This document shows positions 18,083-27,445 of a stretch of 32,000 nucleotides of DNA, piece by piece. The stretch lies in the NCBI GenBank assembly GCA_030668875.1, contig DAOVER010000008.1, positions 30,001 through 62,000 on the forward strand, in the 5' to 3' direction. Source of the stretch: Candidatus Heimdallarchaeota archaeon. Its GTDB lineage: Archaea > Asgardarchaeota > Heimdallarchaeia > Heimdallarchaeales > Heimdallarchaeaceae. Under the pieces are notes generated by a model. That model worked only from the letters and a program-made list of their open reading frames with translations. It was not told where the DNA came from and ran no database searches. How positions within the stretch are numbered: position 1 is the stretch's first letter; each line of letters opens with the position of its first letter. Both the position numbers and the translations under genes were made by a program.

Positions 18083-18319
18083 TTAATAACCGCCTTTAGT
18101 TCTGGCAATCAGATAACATTTGTCTCCATCCATCATACCAGTTTGCTTCAAAATATCACTATCATCTAATTGTTTTCCATGAAAAACGATAATCACGGTA
18201 TTAGCTGGAATCTTTTTCTTTTTCGAAACTTCTCTCTTTAATTGTGCTACTGTTGATTGTGGATCCACATCCAGCTCCAATGACCCTCCACCTATTGCGG
18301 TAACGACACTAATTCTCAT
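18083..18319 (-). CDS. Ubiquitin (pro-form ending GG-Y)
   Basis: SD AGGTGA 8 nt before ATG 18319; 78 aa. TVAQLKREV, VFHGKQLDD (eukaryotic IFAGKQLED), C-terminus LIARTKGGY-stop (aaa ggc ggt tat taa). Confidence 0.93.
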   Translation of the reverse strand: MRISVVTAIGGGSLELDVDPQSTVAQLKREVSKKKKIPANTVIIVFHGKQLDDSDILKQTGMMDGDKCYLIARTKGGY

Positions 18320-18584
18320 TTCAGTTTTCACCTGTACTTTTCTAGTTTTATTATTGACTTATTCATTATTAAAGCTTGTCAAATGATTTCAAATTTTATT
18401 TTGCTTTACCTCCCCTCACTATCTCTGCAATTTATCAGAATTTTCAGTTGATAACACATGCTGATATTCTCTATGTATTATGACATCTTAACTATGAGAT
18501 TATGGTTTTCAAGATAGGTAGACCTGATTAGTAGCTAATTATTTCTACCTAAAACAATGTAAAATGCAAGTAAGGGGTGCTTAA

Positions 18585-18869
18585 ATGATCTATGATGTAG
18601 TTAACCAAATCTGTGAAGAAATGGACACAGACATTACTCCGTTCTATAATTCAATTGAAATTAAAGGAGATAGTATTTTATTGTTTAGGGATAAAATTGT
18701 ACAAGAAGTAGAAACTAAGAAAACAAGTAGCTATAATGAACTTGTTATTCCCGTTCAACCCACCATGAATGATTCAAACAAAGATATTGACGAAGTGATT
18801 CATAGACTAAGAGAACATTATAAAGAAAAACTAGTTATATTTTACAAGAGTTCTGAAAGAAGAAAATAG
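18585..18869 (+). CDS. Hypothetical protein (94 aa), divergent from ubiquitin
   Basis: ORF with purine-rich SD (aaggggtg) upstream and normal composition; no family recognised. Confidence 0.65.
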   Translation: MIYDVVNQICEEMDTDITPFYNSIEIKGDSILLFRDKIVQEVETKKTSSYNELVIPVQPTMNDSNKDIDEVIHRLREHYKEKLVIFYKSSERRK

Positions 18870-18878
18870 AAATAGTTC

Positions 18879-19268
18879 TCAATCAACAGTTCTCTCTTTC
18901 TCTCCCTTTCTTTTAATTGTGATCGATGAAGGTATGCCTTCGATTTCTCTTTCAAGTTTCTTTATTCCTAATCTAGTTATTTGCTTACCTTCCATATAGC
19001 CTATTTTGACCATATAAAGCAGATTTTTGAAAATAGTTTCAGCAGTCATTTTCTTATTATGATTATCATAGAGACTATGCCAATAATCATAAGCTTCTGG
19101 AACTAAGAAGAACTTCATCAGTGCTAATTTATCTTTCTCTTCAACACTAGCTGGAGCTTGCTCAGATTTTTTTAGTTCTTCCATCCTCTGCTTTCTCAGA
19201 TTGGCAATTTCAAGAAGCTCTTGAGTCTTTTTCTTTCGAATTTTGTCTAACTCATCATCTGTAGTCAT
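18879..19268 (-). CDS. PDCD5-related (dsDNA-binding protein family) protein
   Basis: DDELDKIRKKKTQEL N-terminus, FLVPEA...(cf. ILTPEA), KQIT...KKL and ITIKRK C-terminus follow the archaeal PDCD5 family pattern; divergent in the middle. Confidence 0.6.
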   Translation of the reverse strand: MTTDDELDKIRKKKTQELLEIANLRKQRMEELKKSEQAPASVEEKDKLALMKFFLVPEAYDYWHSLYDNHNKKMTAETIFKNLLYMVKIGYMEGKQITRLGIKKLEREIEGIPSSITIKRKGEKERTVD

Positions 19269-19432
19269 AAGTTCCTCAGCAAATCCAATGGTAAAAGCTA
19301 GTTATTAAGTTTATTTTTACCTAACTCTAATGACATTAATATTGTTCAATAAATACAATTCAAAAAAGATTTTCTATTAAACTAAAATATTTTTTTGAAT
19401 TATTCTAATGGTTATATATCTCAAGAAAGCTG

Positions 19433-20359
19433 CTAGATCACTATGCCAATAAACCAGAGTAGAAATGCTAAGACCATAAATATTGAAGCACTATTAAAAA
19501 TAATTTTTGTAGTTTTTTCAGTTGGTTTGATGAGGTTCATAATTGAAAGACCTATTAAGATAAGTACAGCTAAAATAATCAAGATATTGATAACAACGTA
19601 AAGGTCAAGAAGAGTGCTGATAACAATAGCTGTGATTGAGCTAATGAGTGAGGACATTGTTATCACAATAATGGTTTCTTTTTTACTTCTCACTACAGGC
19701 CACATTGGCACTTCTGCATTTTTGTAACCTTCCAATGTTTTCGGTAACAATGCAAGTGTAAGAATATGCAAAGGTATCCATGATAATATGAAAACTCCCA
19801 TGAGAATTGCGATTAAATCAATCCGTCCAGTAAACACAACTCTTCCAGCAATTGCAGGTAATCCTCCTGCAACTCCACCAAAAATAATGGAAAAATGAGT
19901 TCTTCTTTTCAACCACATTGAATAGATTACTATATCAAAAAAGAACCCTAGAAAAATTATGATCATAGCTGTTAGGTTAAGAAAAACACCCGCAAACAAG
20001 ATTCCGGAAACGGTATAGAGAAGCCCATGTCCTAAAACAGACAGAGGTGATATCTTGCCACTAGGAAGTGCTCTATCTTTAGTCCGTTCCATTTTTTTAT
20101 CTATGTCCATATCAATATACATGTTTAACAGAGTTGTACCAGATACCGCTAAAAACATGGAAAAAAGAAGCCATAAACTATCAGAAAGTGAAATGGTAGG
20201 ATAAGCAGATATTAGGTATGCTAACATTGAAGTAAAAACCAGTAATATGGTTTGCTTCTCTTTTATTAAACCTAGATATAAACGAAGATGTAGGAACCTA
20301 TCATTTGTGGTTCCTACTTTCTCTTCAGTTATAACGGGATATTGATCTGGGCTAGCCAT
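19433..20359 (-). CDS. cyoE: Heme O synthase (protoheme IX farnesyltransferase)
   Basis: LIKEKQTILLVFT, LNMYIDMDIDKKMERTKDRALPSG (UbiA/CyoE motif), YSMWLKRRT, GGVAGGLPAIAG, WIPLH. Confidence 0.93.
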   Translation of the reverse strand: MASPDQYPVITEEKVGTTNDRFLHLRLYLGLIKEKQTILLVFTSMLAYLISAYPTISLSDSLWLLFSMFLAVSGTTLLNMYIDMDIDKKMERTKDRALPSGKISPLSVLGHGLLYTVSGILFAGVFLNLTAMIIIFLGFFFDIVIYSMWLKRRTHFSIIFGGVAGGLPAIAGRVVFTGRIDLIAILMGVFILSWIPLHILTLALLPKTLEGYKNAEVPMWPVVRSKKETIIVITMSSLISSITAIVISTLLDLYVVINILIILAVLILIGLSIMNLIKPTEKTTKIIFNSASIFMVLAFLLWFIGIVI

Positions 20360-20379
20360 ATTTCATTTTCCTTTAATAT

Positions 20380-21882
20380 TTATTGTTCTATTTCCTTACT
20401 TCTATCTCCTTTTAGAATCTTGACTAATTGATATATACAGAAACTACCTATTGCTGCAAATAGTGCCATTACTCCTATATCAGTTATTATCATGGCAAAT
20501 GAACTATTATAATCGACCATCATGTAATATAAGGCAGCTCCAAATCCCACTAAACTACCGACTGTGACGAACCATCCTATTATTGTGCGCAACACACCCT
20601 TCATATTTATGTAATCTATATAGAAAAGTAAAACCATCATTGCAGTTAAAGTAGCTAAAACATGCCAATGTCCTGACGCAAAGGTGCGTTCTTGAATCCA
20701 AGATTTAGACCTAACATAATCTAGATTAAGTGCAGTATAAACTCCAGGAGCTGTTACCACAAAGTTAACCCAAATGAAGAGCCAGTAAAGACCGAAGTTT
20801 ACAGAATCTTTGAAGACGGATATAAAACGCTTCCAAATAGATGCTGTCTCATAATTTTCTCCGAGAACCTTTTTGCTAATCTGTATAAATCCAAATATAA
20901 CTAAAATCAGACTAGCAGATAACAAGAAAGCTGCGCCTACATTGATGATTACATGGGCATCCTCGTAACCAGGAACAACTAACCAAGCTCCAATAGATGT
21001 AATCAAAGTTCCAGGGATTATTAGGATTTGAGCCACAAGGTACCATAATTTAGTGACCTTAATGCGACGAAATACTATCAATAGTACCGCTACATCTATC
21101 ATAGCTAGCATGTTATGAAGATGAGCTATAATCATACGGAGATAAGGCAAAGTCTCATGTTCAAATCTAAGCCAATCTTCTGCTAAAAAAGGAAAAGAAA
21201 ACACTTGCATCCAAGGAGAAGAAAACACTTGTGGTGAATCTATAAATAGTCCTTGCGAATTACCAATATTTGCTCCTACATAAGCTGCTATTGAGGCTGT
21301 AATTAATAAGCAAAAAGCTACTAACATTATATTTAGCTGTTCTAGGTTTAATCTTCCTAAATAAGAACCATCTTTGTTTTTCTCATAATCAGGGAAATTC
21401 TTTGTTGGGACGGTCCCAATAAGCAAAACCACACCACCATAGAAAACTAGACAAAGTCCAAGAATAAAAAAAGCATGAGCAATCATATTCCGTTGTAATA
21501 TATATGCAAAAGTCAAACCCATTGTTGAAGTTAGTAGAGAACCAACTAGAATTGGCCATTTAATATGGGGCTTAAACTTCTCCCGTACATTGCAAGTATC
21601 CAAAACTAAGAAAACAACAGCTGCCAAAAATGGCATCGCGAGTGAGTGATATAACATTATGATTCGACTAAATTGAAATGCATCGTCTAACACAATAGGG
21701 ATTAATGGTTTACCAAAAATCTCTATGATTGGTTGTGAAAAAGTACCAAGGAAAAGGATAGCTAGGGTTAAATAAGCGATTATTAACGTAACTAATCCTT
21801 TGTAGGTACCAAAACCATACTTAAGCATACCTTGAAATCGACCAGTAAATGTCTTTCCTTTATCAGATTCTTTATTTGACAT
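20380..21882 (-). CDS. Polytopic His-rich membrane protein with three internal 4-TM repeats; distant heme-copper-oxidase-fold homolog
   Basis: 500 aa, about 12 hydrophobic segments. Three alignable units carry LYH, AHLH and GHWH, each followed by G[ST]L[LIV] about 35 aa later. Lies 20 nt upstream of cyoE. Confidence 0.6.
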   Translation of the reverse strand: MSNKESDKGKTFTGRFQGMLKYGFGTYKGLVTLIIAYLTLAILFLGTFSQPIIEIFGKPLIPIVLDDAFQFSRIIMLYHSLAMPFLAAVVFLVLDTCNVREKFKPHIKWPILVGSLLTSTMGLTFAYILQRNMIAHAFFILGLCLVFYGGVVLLIGTVPTKNFPDYEKNKDGSYLGRLNLEQLNIMLVAFCLLITASIAAYVGANIGNSQGLFIDSPQVFSSPWMQVFSFPFLAEDWLRFEHETLPYLRMIIAHLHNMLAMIDVAVLLIVFRRIKVTKLWYLVAQILIIPGTLITSIGAWLVVPGYEDAHVIINVGAAFLLSASLILVIFGFIQISKKVLGENYETASIWKRFISVFKDSVNFGLYWLFIWVNFVVTAPGVYTALNLDYVRSKSWIQERTFASGHWHVLATLTAMMVLLFYIDYINMKGVLRTIIGWFVTVGSLVGFGAALYYMMVDYNSSFAMIITDIGVMALFAAIGSFCIYQLVKILKGDRSKEIEQ

Positions 21883-22123
21883 ATCTTAAGTGCCGCCTTT
21901 ATTTTTCATCAAGTATTTACTTCGCATATATTACTTTTTTGTAAATATCTCAAATGTTGGTCTCCATTTTGTTGGAAATACGATTCCAAGAGAAATCAAA
22001 GCACTTACGATAAGAAGCGAACTTGGTAATACTATGAAAATTATTTCACCTAATTACGTTTCTTAAACATGAATTTTGAAGCGAATGTAAACTCTTTCCA
22101 ATAATCTGTTTATAAAAGTATTA

Positions 22124-22145
22124 AGTGTGCAAACTTGAGCACACT
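22124..22145. promoter_or_regulatory. Inverted repeat AGTGTGC-N8-GCACACT, candidate operator in the divergent promoter region
   Basis: Perfect 7-bp arms in an AT-rich 354-bp intergenic region between divergent membrane-protein genes. Confidence 0.35.
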
Positions 22146-22236
22146 GGCTAATGAGGGCGTATAGTAATATTATTCGGAGAAACTTTAAAAATCTAAAGAA
22201 TAAAACACGCTAACTCGATTTATTTGAGGTTAATAT

Positions 22237-22956
22237 ATGAAAAGAAAAATTACAACATTAATTGTTTTTGAGAGTCTTGCAGCGTTTATAGGTATAGTAA
22301 GTGCAAAAGGAAGTAGTTGTCCTACATTTAGTCCAACTACTGATACAACTAGCCCTCTTTATGTAATGAACGAATTGCAATGGGTTTTCATATTAACAAC
22401 ACTCCTCACTTACGTAGCAGCAATAGCTTCAGGAGGACTAATTTGGGCATTAATCTCTAAGCAGTCATGGTTCTATCCTGTAGCAGTAATTACAAGTATT
22501 ATTGGTATTGGAAGTGGATTAGTACCTTCTCTATTAGTGATACTAAATGGAATGGCTTTTTCTCCTTCTCTAATGAGAACTGTTGTTTATGGAATCGTTC
22601 TAATTCTATTATTACTTCCTCCGTTCTATGAACTTAGATTCAAAACTTCTTATGGAGATTCAAAAGATTCTACTGAAAACAATTCTAAACCAGAAAAAGT
22701 AGAAATAATAGACGCTAAGACTAGTATAGTATCCGCCATTTCCCTAATAGTGATGAGCATTGGAGTAGGCTTATTTATTCTGCCGTTTATGGTTACATCT
22801 TCTCATATCATAAATGGGGTAAACTATTTCACTAATGGGTCTCTTTACACATACTTTGGAATTGCTTTAATGTTGGCAAGTGTTATCCTCTTTGTATCTT
22901 ATACTTATCTGCAAAGATTGTCTACATCCAAAAATAAGAACAGAATTTCAATTTAA
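22237..22956 (+). CDS. Hypothetical multi-pass membrane protein
   Basis: Signal-like N-terminus, short Cys-containing loop (GSSCPTFSP), 5-6 further hydrophobic helices; SD gaggt upstream. Confidence 0.75.
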   Translation: MKRKITTLIVFESLAAFIGIVSAKGSSCPTFSPTTDTTSPLYVMNELQWVFILTTLLTYVAAIASGGLIWALISKQSWFYPVAVITSIIGIGSGLVPSLLVILNGMAFSPSLMRTVVYGIVLILLLLPPFYELRFKTSYGDSKDSTENNSKPEKVEIIDAKTSIVSAISLIVMSIGVGLFILPFMVTSSHIINGVNYFTNGSLYTYFGIALMLASVILFVSYTYLQRLSTSKNKNRISI

Positions 22957-23031
22957 AAAGAGCTGAAAAAGTTTAATGGCTCTTCACTCACTGTTTTTTT
23001 TCATTTTTTCTTGTTTGGAGAAATATAGTCT

Positions 23032-23739
23032 CTAATCTTTGTTTATAGGCAATAATTTGTCTACCGGTGGGTATCTTGTGAGTATATTATATTTTTCTGC
23101 GTACCTAACTCCACACTTTAACCCATTTGATCGTCTTCCAATATCTATCCAGTCATCAACTTGTTGCCAGTTGTAAAAATCTCCATAGAGTTTTGCAACT
23201 TTTCTGACCTTATCAAAATTTTCTGATACATCCACATATACAGTGGGTAATGAAGATAATTCTTCATGATACGTGAAAATTGGAATGTGTAAAGGTGGTC
23301 TATAAGCATCAAGGGGTTCAGTTATTTTTGGAATGCGGGCATATGTTAAAGCGTCATAAAGGATGTTTGTTGTTCCTCTATGGTCAGGATGTCTAGTGTT
23401 CATTGACCAAGTAATAATTGCATCTGTTTTTACTTCTGCTATTACTTTTGCCATTTTTAGAGCACTCTCTCTTGTAGATCTGACAGAAGTGTCTCCATAC
23501 CCTAAAAACATAGTTTCACAACCAACAATTGTTCCAACAGCTTCACCTTGATTTTCTCTGATTTTCTTAATCTTATCAAAGGGCATATCATTAAAATGTG
23601 ATGCCATTTCACCACTTGTTGTCCAAGCTAAAACAACTTGATCTCCTTTACCAACATGATTTGAAAGTGTACCAATACATCCAATCTCATCGTCTGGATG
23701 TGCAAAACATGCCAGAATAGTTTTTATCTCATCTGTCAT
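23032..23739 (-). CDS. PIG-L/LmbE family N-acetylglucosaminyl deacetylase (BshB1-like)
   Basis: FAHPDDE and HPDH metal-binding motifs, WTTSGEM, YAEKY tail. Start likely ATG 23739. Confidence 0.9.
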   Translation of the reverse strand: MTDEIKTILACFAHPDDEIGCIGTLSNHVGKGDQVVLAWTTSGEMASHFNDMPFDKIKKIRENQGEAVGTIVGCETMFLGYGDTSVRSTRESALKMAKVIAEVKTDAIITWSMNTRHPDHRGTTNILYDALTYARIPKITEPLDAYRPPLHIPIFTYHEELSSLPTVYVDVSENFDKVRKVAKLYGDFYNWQQVDDWIDIGRRSNGLKCGVRYAEKYNILTRYPPVDKLLPINKD

Positions 23740-23895
23740 TAATTTATCTAAAGAAATTGAACTTTTAAATTTGTGCATTTTTAAAAGGTCAACCCCCAAA
23801 AAACTTTAGATATAATAACAACGAAGTCATAAATACTATATATAGAGAAATCTACCTTAAGTAAAAGAGTAGATTTGAATCTTAGAGGCTGTTTA

Positions 23896-24522
23896 ATGTA
23901 TAGTGATGAGCAAAGACAAAGAATTGCAAGAATCATAGAATTACCTATCCCAATGGAATTTTTTGATATGCTAGAAGATCTTGTTTCACACTATGGAAGT
24001 CCAGAAAGAGCAATTTTAGAAGCAATAAAATCTCATCACAAAGAGCAATTTGGTACTTTGGATGATTTCAAACTAACTCAGACAACTCCCCCGGAAAGAG
24101 TTTATCGACTGATAAATCATATGAATTCTCCTGTTACTGAAGGAAAATTAACCAAAATAATAGAAAATGGGAAGAAATTTGAAGAAAAAACCCAGAGAGA
24201 TTTGGCTAAGGTAGATAAATTGATAGATCAGCTTAGTGATTTACCTGCTCTCTCTGAATTAAAAGAGGAGATTTCTTCAATGAAAACAATGATAAAGAAT
24301 ATCGAAACCACAACGTTTGCCGCGCCTCGAACAAGAGGTCCCAGAGCAGATCTATCTTCATTAGATGTGAGTCTCTCTGAATCTCAGGATAATCTTCTTG
24401 ATGCACCTGATAGACCTTTATTAGAATCTGTTTTGGATAGTGTTTTGCTTTTTGATGATGATTATGAAGAACAAAATAACACGGAGAAAGAAAAAACAAA
24501 GGGTGAAAAAAAGAAAGGTTAA
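23896..24522 (+). CDS. Hypothetical protein: RHH-like N-terminus, coiled coil, acidic tail
   Basis: RIIELPIPMEFFDMLEDLVSHYGSPERAILEAIK fits a ribbon-helix-helix pattern; heptads LAKVDKLIDQLSDL...LKEEISSMKTMIKNIE. Start ATG 23896 with agagg SD. Confidence 0.6.
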   Translation: MYSDEQRQRIARIIELPIPMEFFDMLEDLVSHYGSPERAILEAIKSHHKEQFGTLDDFKLTQTTPPERVYRLINHMNSPVTEGKLTKIIENGKKFEEKTQRDLAKVDKLIDQLSDLPALSELKEEISSMKTMIKNIETTTFAAPRTRGPRADLSSLDVSLSESQDNLLDAPDRPLLESVLDSVLLFDDDYEEQNNTEKEKTKGEKKKG

Positions 24523-25061
24523 TCCATCTCTTTAGCTCGTTCAACTAATTCTTCAGCTATTTTTAAAAATGCTTCATCTACATGTTTTCCCGACAAAGCA
24601 CTTGTTTTGAAATATATTTTACTTTTAATTTTCTTGTTCATATCTTCACATTCCGACTCGGAAGTTGCTCTCTCCTTTTGGAGGTCGTCTTTGTTTCCTA
24701 CTAGAATTTTTACAACTTTGGAACCACAATTATCAATGAACTCTTTATCCCATTTTTTAATGTCTTTCAGAGTTGTTGAGCGTGTTAAATCGAAAACAAG
24801 AAGTGCGGCCTTTGCACCTTTGTAGAAAGTAGGTCTGATTAAGCGAAATCTATCTTGTCCCGCTAAATCCCAGATGGAGAAAGCTACTTTTGTGCCATCT
24901 TTAAGAGTTAAATGTTTTTCCGATGGTTCCATACCAATTGTCATCAAGTAACTGGAATCAAATCGATCGTGAACAAATCTCTGTACCAGACTGGTTTTTC
25001 CAACAGCTGCACTACCAAGAAGAAGAATCTTAAAATTATAATCTGGTTGGGATCTACTCAT
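24519..25061 (-). CDS. Rab-like small GTPase (Ras superfamily)
   Basis: G1 GSAAVGKTS, G2 TIG, G3 WDLAGQDRF, FYKGA, G4 GNKDD, G5 TSAL; no C-terminal prenylation Cys. Confidence 0.95.
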   Translation of the reverse strand: MSRSQPDYNFKILLLGSAAVGKTSLVQRFVHDRFDSSYLMTIGMEPSEKHLTLKDGTKVAFSIWDLAGQDRFRLIRPTFYKGAKAALLVFDLTRSTTLKDIKKWDKEFIDNCGSKVVKILVGNKDDLQKERATSESECEDMNKKIKSKIYFKTSALSGKHVDEAFLKIAEELVERAKEMD

Positions 25062-25062
25062 T

Positions 25063-25375
25063 CTATAGCTCCATTAACGTTTTTAGCAAACTATCTAATT
25101 CTTCTTTCAAGCTTTCTAAATAAAACTTTTCGAAGTTCCCCTCTGATCTTTGAATGGTTGAAAGAGATGTGCATAAATCTAATAATTTCTCATAGTTTTC
25201 ACTCTCTTCAGGTTTTGCAATGTAATTATTGAATTTTTTCAAGGTTTTCTTGGCTAAAGAAGAAGCTGTCTTTTTGTTAATAGCTCCACTTTCATAAGCT
25301 TTGATTACATTCTGCGTCCAGCTTGCAACAGATTTGAGGTCAGTAATTTCAGTTAGGGGAGAAATATCACTCATA
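25063..25375 (-). CDS. Small helical hypothetical protein directly upstream of the GTPase
   Basis: ORF 25063..25434 is entirely helical in character; stop is 1 nt before the GTPase ATG. True start is uncertain (TTG 25434 or the internal MSDISPL ATG near 25375). Confidence 0.6.
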
Positions 25376-25639
25376 ACAAATAAGGCATGGGAACTAACTT
25401 TAATATACATTTTGCTAGAGAGTGAAAAAACCAATTAAAAAAATAAAAAACAATAGGAGACAGATATCAATCTTGAAAGATAAGAGAAATCAATAATTTA
25501 TATGCCAGGAATATCTTTGAAGAACTTCTTCTGTGATATTTTTTAACTATTTTTCTAATTTATTGGTTTCCTAATATCTTTACATAGTGGATATTCAATT
25601 TTGATTCCAAAATTGGTAATACTTCTAAAGAAATATTTG

Positions 25640-25666
25640 TGTTAACTTCACCCACATTGGTGACAG
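25640..25666 (+). repeat. 27-bp direct repeat, copy 1 (tgttaacttcacccacattggtgacag)
   Basis: Identical to 29329..29355; internal dyad TCACC-N6-GGTGA. Confidence 0.95.
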
Positions 25667-25747
25667 ATCCGATTTTTTCGTAAAAAGATATATAAGTCTC
25701 TAGACATACTTTCATGCATAATACCTAGAGTTGAGATTGCTAAAATC

Positions 25748-27445
25748 ATGAGTAAAAGAAAATTATTCTTCTGGTGTATGGTTATTATTCTTTCAACAAT
25801 CTCAATGAAATCTGTTTTCTTTGGTAGAAATGCCATCGCAAAGGAACCGTCAGATAATAACGTAAATGTTGGTTTAACACTTGATGACCATGATCCAATT
25901 CTCATAGATCACGATGATGATTTTACAACTTTGGGTTTTGCTGGTAATGGAACAGAATATAACCCTTACTTAATAGAGAATCTGAGCATAATTGCTTTTG
26001 GTCAACCCGCAATGGAGATAATGTTTACAACAAAGTTTTTTGAAATTAGAAATTGTTATATTAACGCTCCTATGCAAAACATTAAACTCTATTCTATAGC
26101 AAGTGGAACTGTTAAAATTCTAAACAACATTATTGATGACAGTTTTGCAGGAATTTTTGTTGAAAGTACACACAATATTACTTTCTTCAATAATTCTATA
26201 AGTTACAATTTTTATGGAATTGATATAAGGAATTCGTTTAATTGCAATTTGTCACATAATAAATTTTTTGATAGCATAAGATATGGAATTCGCGCAGATA
26301 ATGCAAAATCTATACAGGTGAGGCATAATTATTTTTATAATAGTGGTTTAGAAATCAGGAATCTTTCTCTTCAAGAATATTTAGAATGTCTGATTATCGA
26401 TAATTTCGTTGAAGACAAACCATTAGCATTTATTACAAATACCGTTGATACTGTCATCACTACTCCTGACTATGGGCAAATTATACTTGTAAATTGTACC
26501 AATCTAAACATCTCCAACCAAATTTTGAATAATGGAGGTATTGGCTTTCATCTCATATATTGTGAACAAATTGCGTTGTATAATAATCAACTATATGAGA
26601 ATTTTAGGGGGATCTTAATCGAGGAATCGAATAAAATAAGTGTTGAAAACAACACCATTAGAGGCAACGCATACTTTGGGATAGAGTTCACTCAATCAGA
26701 TTACTGCCAATTTGTAAATAATACTTTTTATGACCAATCTACATGTATTCGATTAGTAGAAGGTAGTTCAGCTTGGATTCACAATAATTCTTTCATTGAA
26801 TGTTCTGCGTCTCTTTTTATTTATAATACAAGCTCAACAATAATAACAAATAACACGTTTTTCAAATGTCAAGGCAGAATTATTTACTTGGTATACACCA
26901 ATTACTCATTTATTGCACATAACATTATTCAAATTAGTGACTTAGGTTTTGTGTTAAAAGATTCACACTTTAATGTTTTTTATCATAATCTTATTCAAGA
27001 ATGTGTGAGTTATGCTGTATCTATTGGAGAAAATTCTCATAATAATACGCTATATCTTAACACGTTTTTTGAGAATAATCACTTATCTGATTGGCAAGCT
27101 GAGGATTTTGGACTGAACAATTGTTGGTACAATGAGACGACACATCTAGGCAACTACTGGTCCGATTGGTCAGGAACTGGCTCTTATTCCATCGGTGGTT
27201 CATCCAGTTCAGTAGATCTTTATCCTCTCCTCTTCCCTTCCATTACTCCTCTAATAGATGAGTTTTCTATGGTTCTTTCCCTCCCTATCTTTCTCTTATT
27301 GGTCTCTCTTACCTATCTGATATTAAAAGTAAAACACAAAAAAATGAAAAAACTTGTTATTTTTGTTGAGAAAAGAAAAAATCAAGAAAAAAATAAAAAA
27401 GCGTTCATTTTTAATTCAATGTTTTTGATTAAAGGAGAATATTAG
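25748..27445 (+). CDS. Secreted, membrane-anchored right-handed parallel beta-helix (NosD/PbH1) protein
   Basis: Signal peptide; DHDPILID...[14 protein letters not shown]; many I.N N.I..N..GI repeats; GNYWSDW...DLYPL; C-terminal TM helix with basic tail. Confidence 0.9.
   Translation: MSKRKLFFWCMVIILSTISMKSVFFGRNAIAKEPSDNNVNVGLTLDDHDPILIDHDDDFTTLGFAGNGTEYNPYLIENLSIIAFGQPAMEIMFTTKFFEIRNCYINAPMQNIKLYSIASGTVKILNNIIDDSFAGIFVESTHNITFFNNSISYNFYGIDIRNSFNCNLSHNKFFDSIRYGIRADNAKSIQVRHNYFYNSGLEIRNLSLQEYLECLIIDNFVEDKPLAFITNTVDTVITTPDYGQIILVNCTNLNISNQILNNGGIGFHLIYCEQIALYNNQLYENFRGILIEESNKISVENNTIRGNAYFGIEFTQSDYCQFVNNTFYDQSTCIRLVEGSSAWIHNNSFIECSASLFIYNTSSTIITNNTFFKCQGRIIYLVYTNYSFIAHNIIQISDLGFVLKDSHFNVFYHNLIQECVSYAVSIGENSHNNTLYLNTFFENNHLSDWQAEDFGLNNCWYNETTHLGNYWSDWSGTGSYSIGGSSSSVDLYPLLFPSITPLIDEFSMVLSLPIFLLLVSLTYLILKVKHKKMKKLVIFVEKRKNQEKNKKAFIFNSMFLIKGEY

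Noticed and set aside
20380-21882. Canonical cytochrome c/quinol oxidase subunit I or NorB
   Set aside because: No HPxVY/HPxxY CuB-Tyr motif, no adjacent HH pair in the TM VII position and no subunit II gene nearby; only a distant HCO-fold homolog is supportable.
20380-21882. Heme A synthase (CtaA/COX15), suggested by adjacency to cyoE
   Set aside because: Lacks the EWxHR/E-x-x-H-R motifs and the two-fold 4-TM repeat of CtaA; shows three-fold repetition instead.
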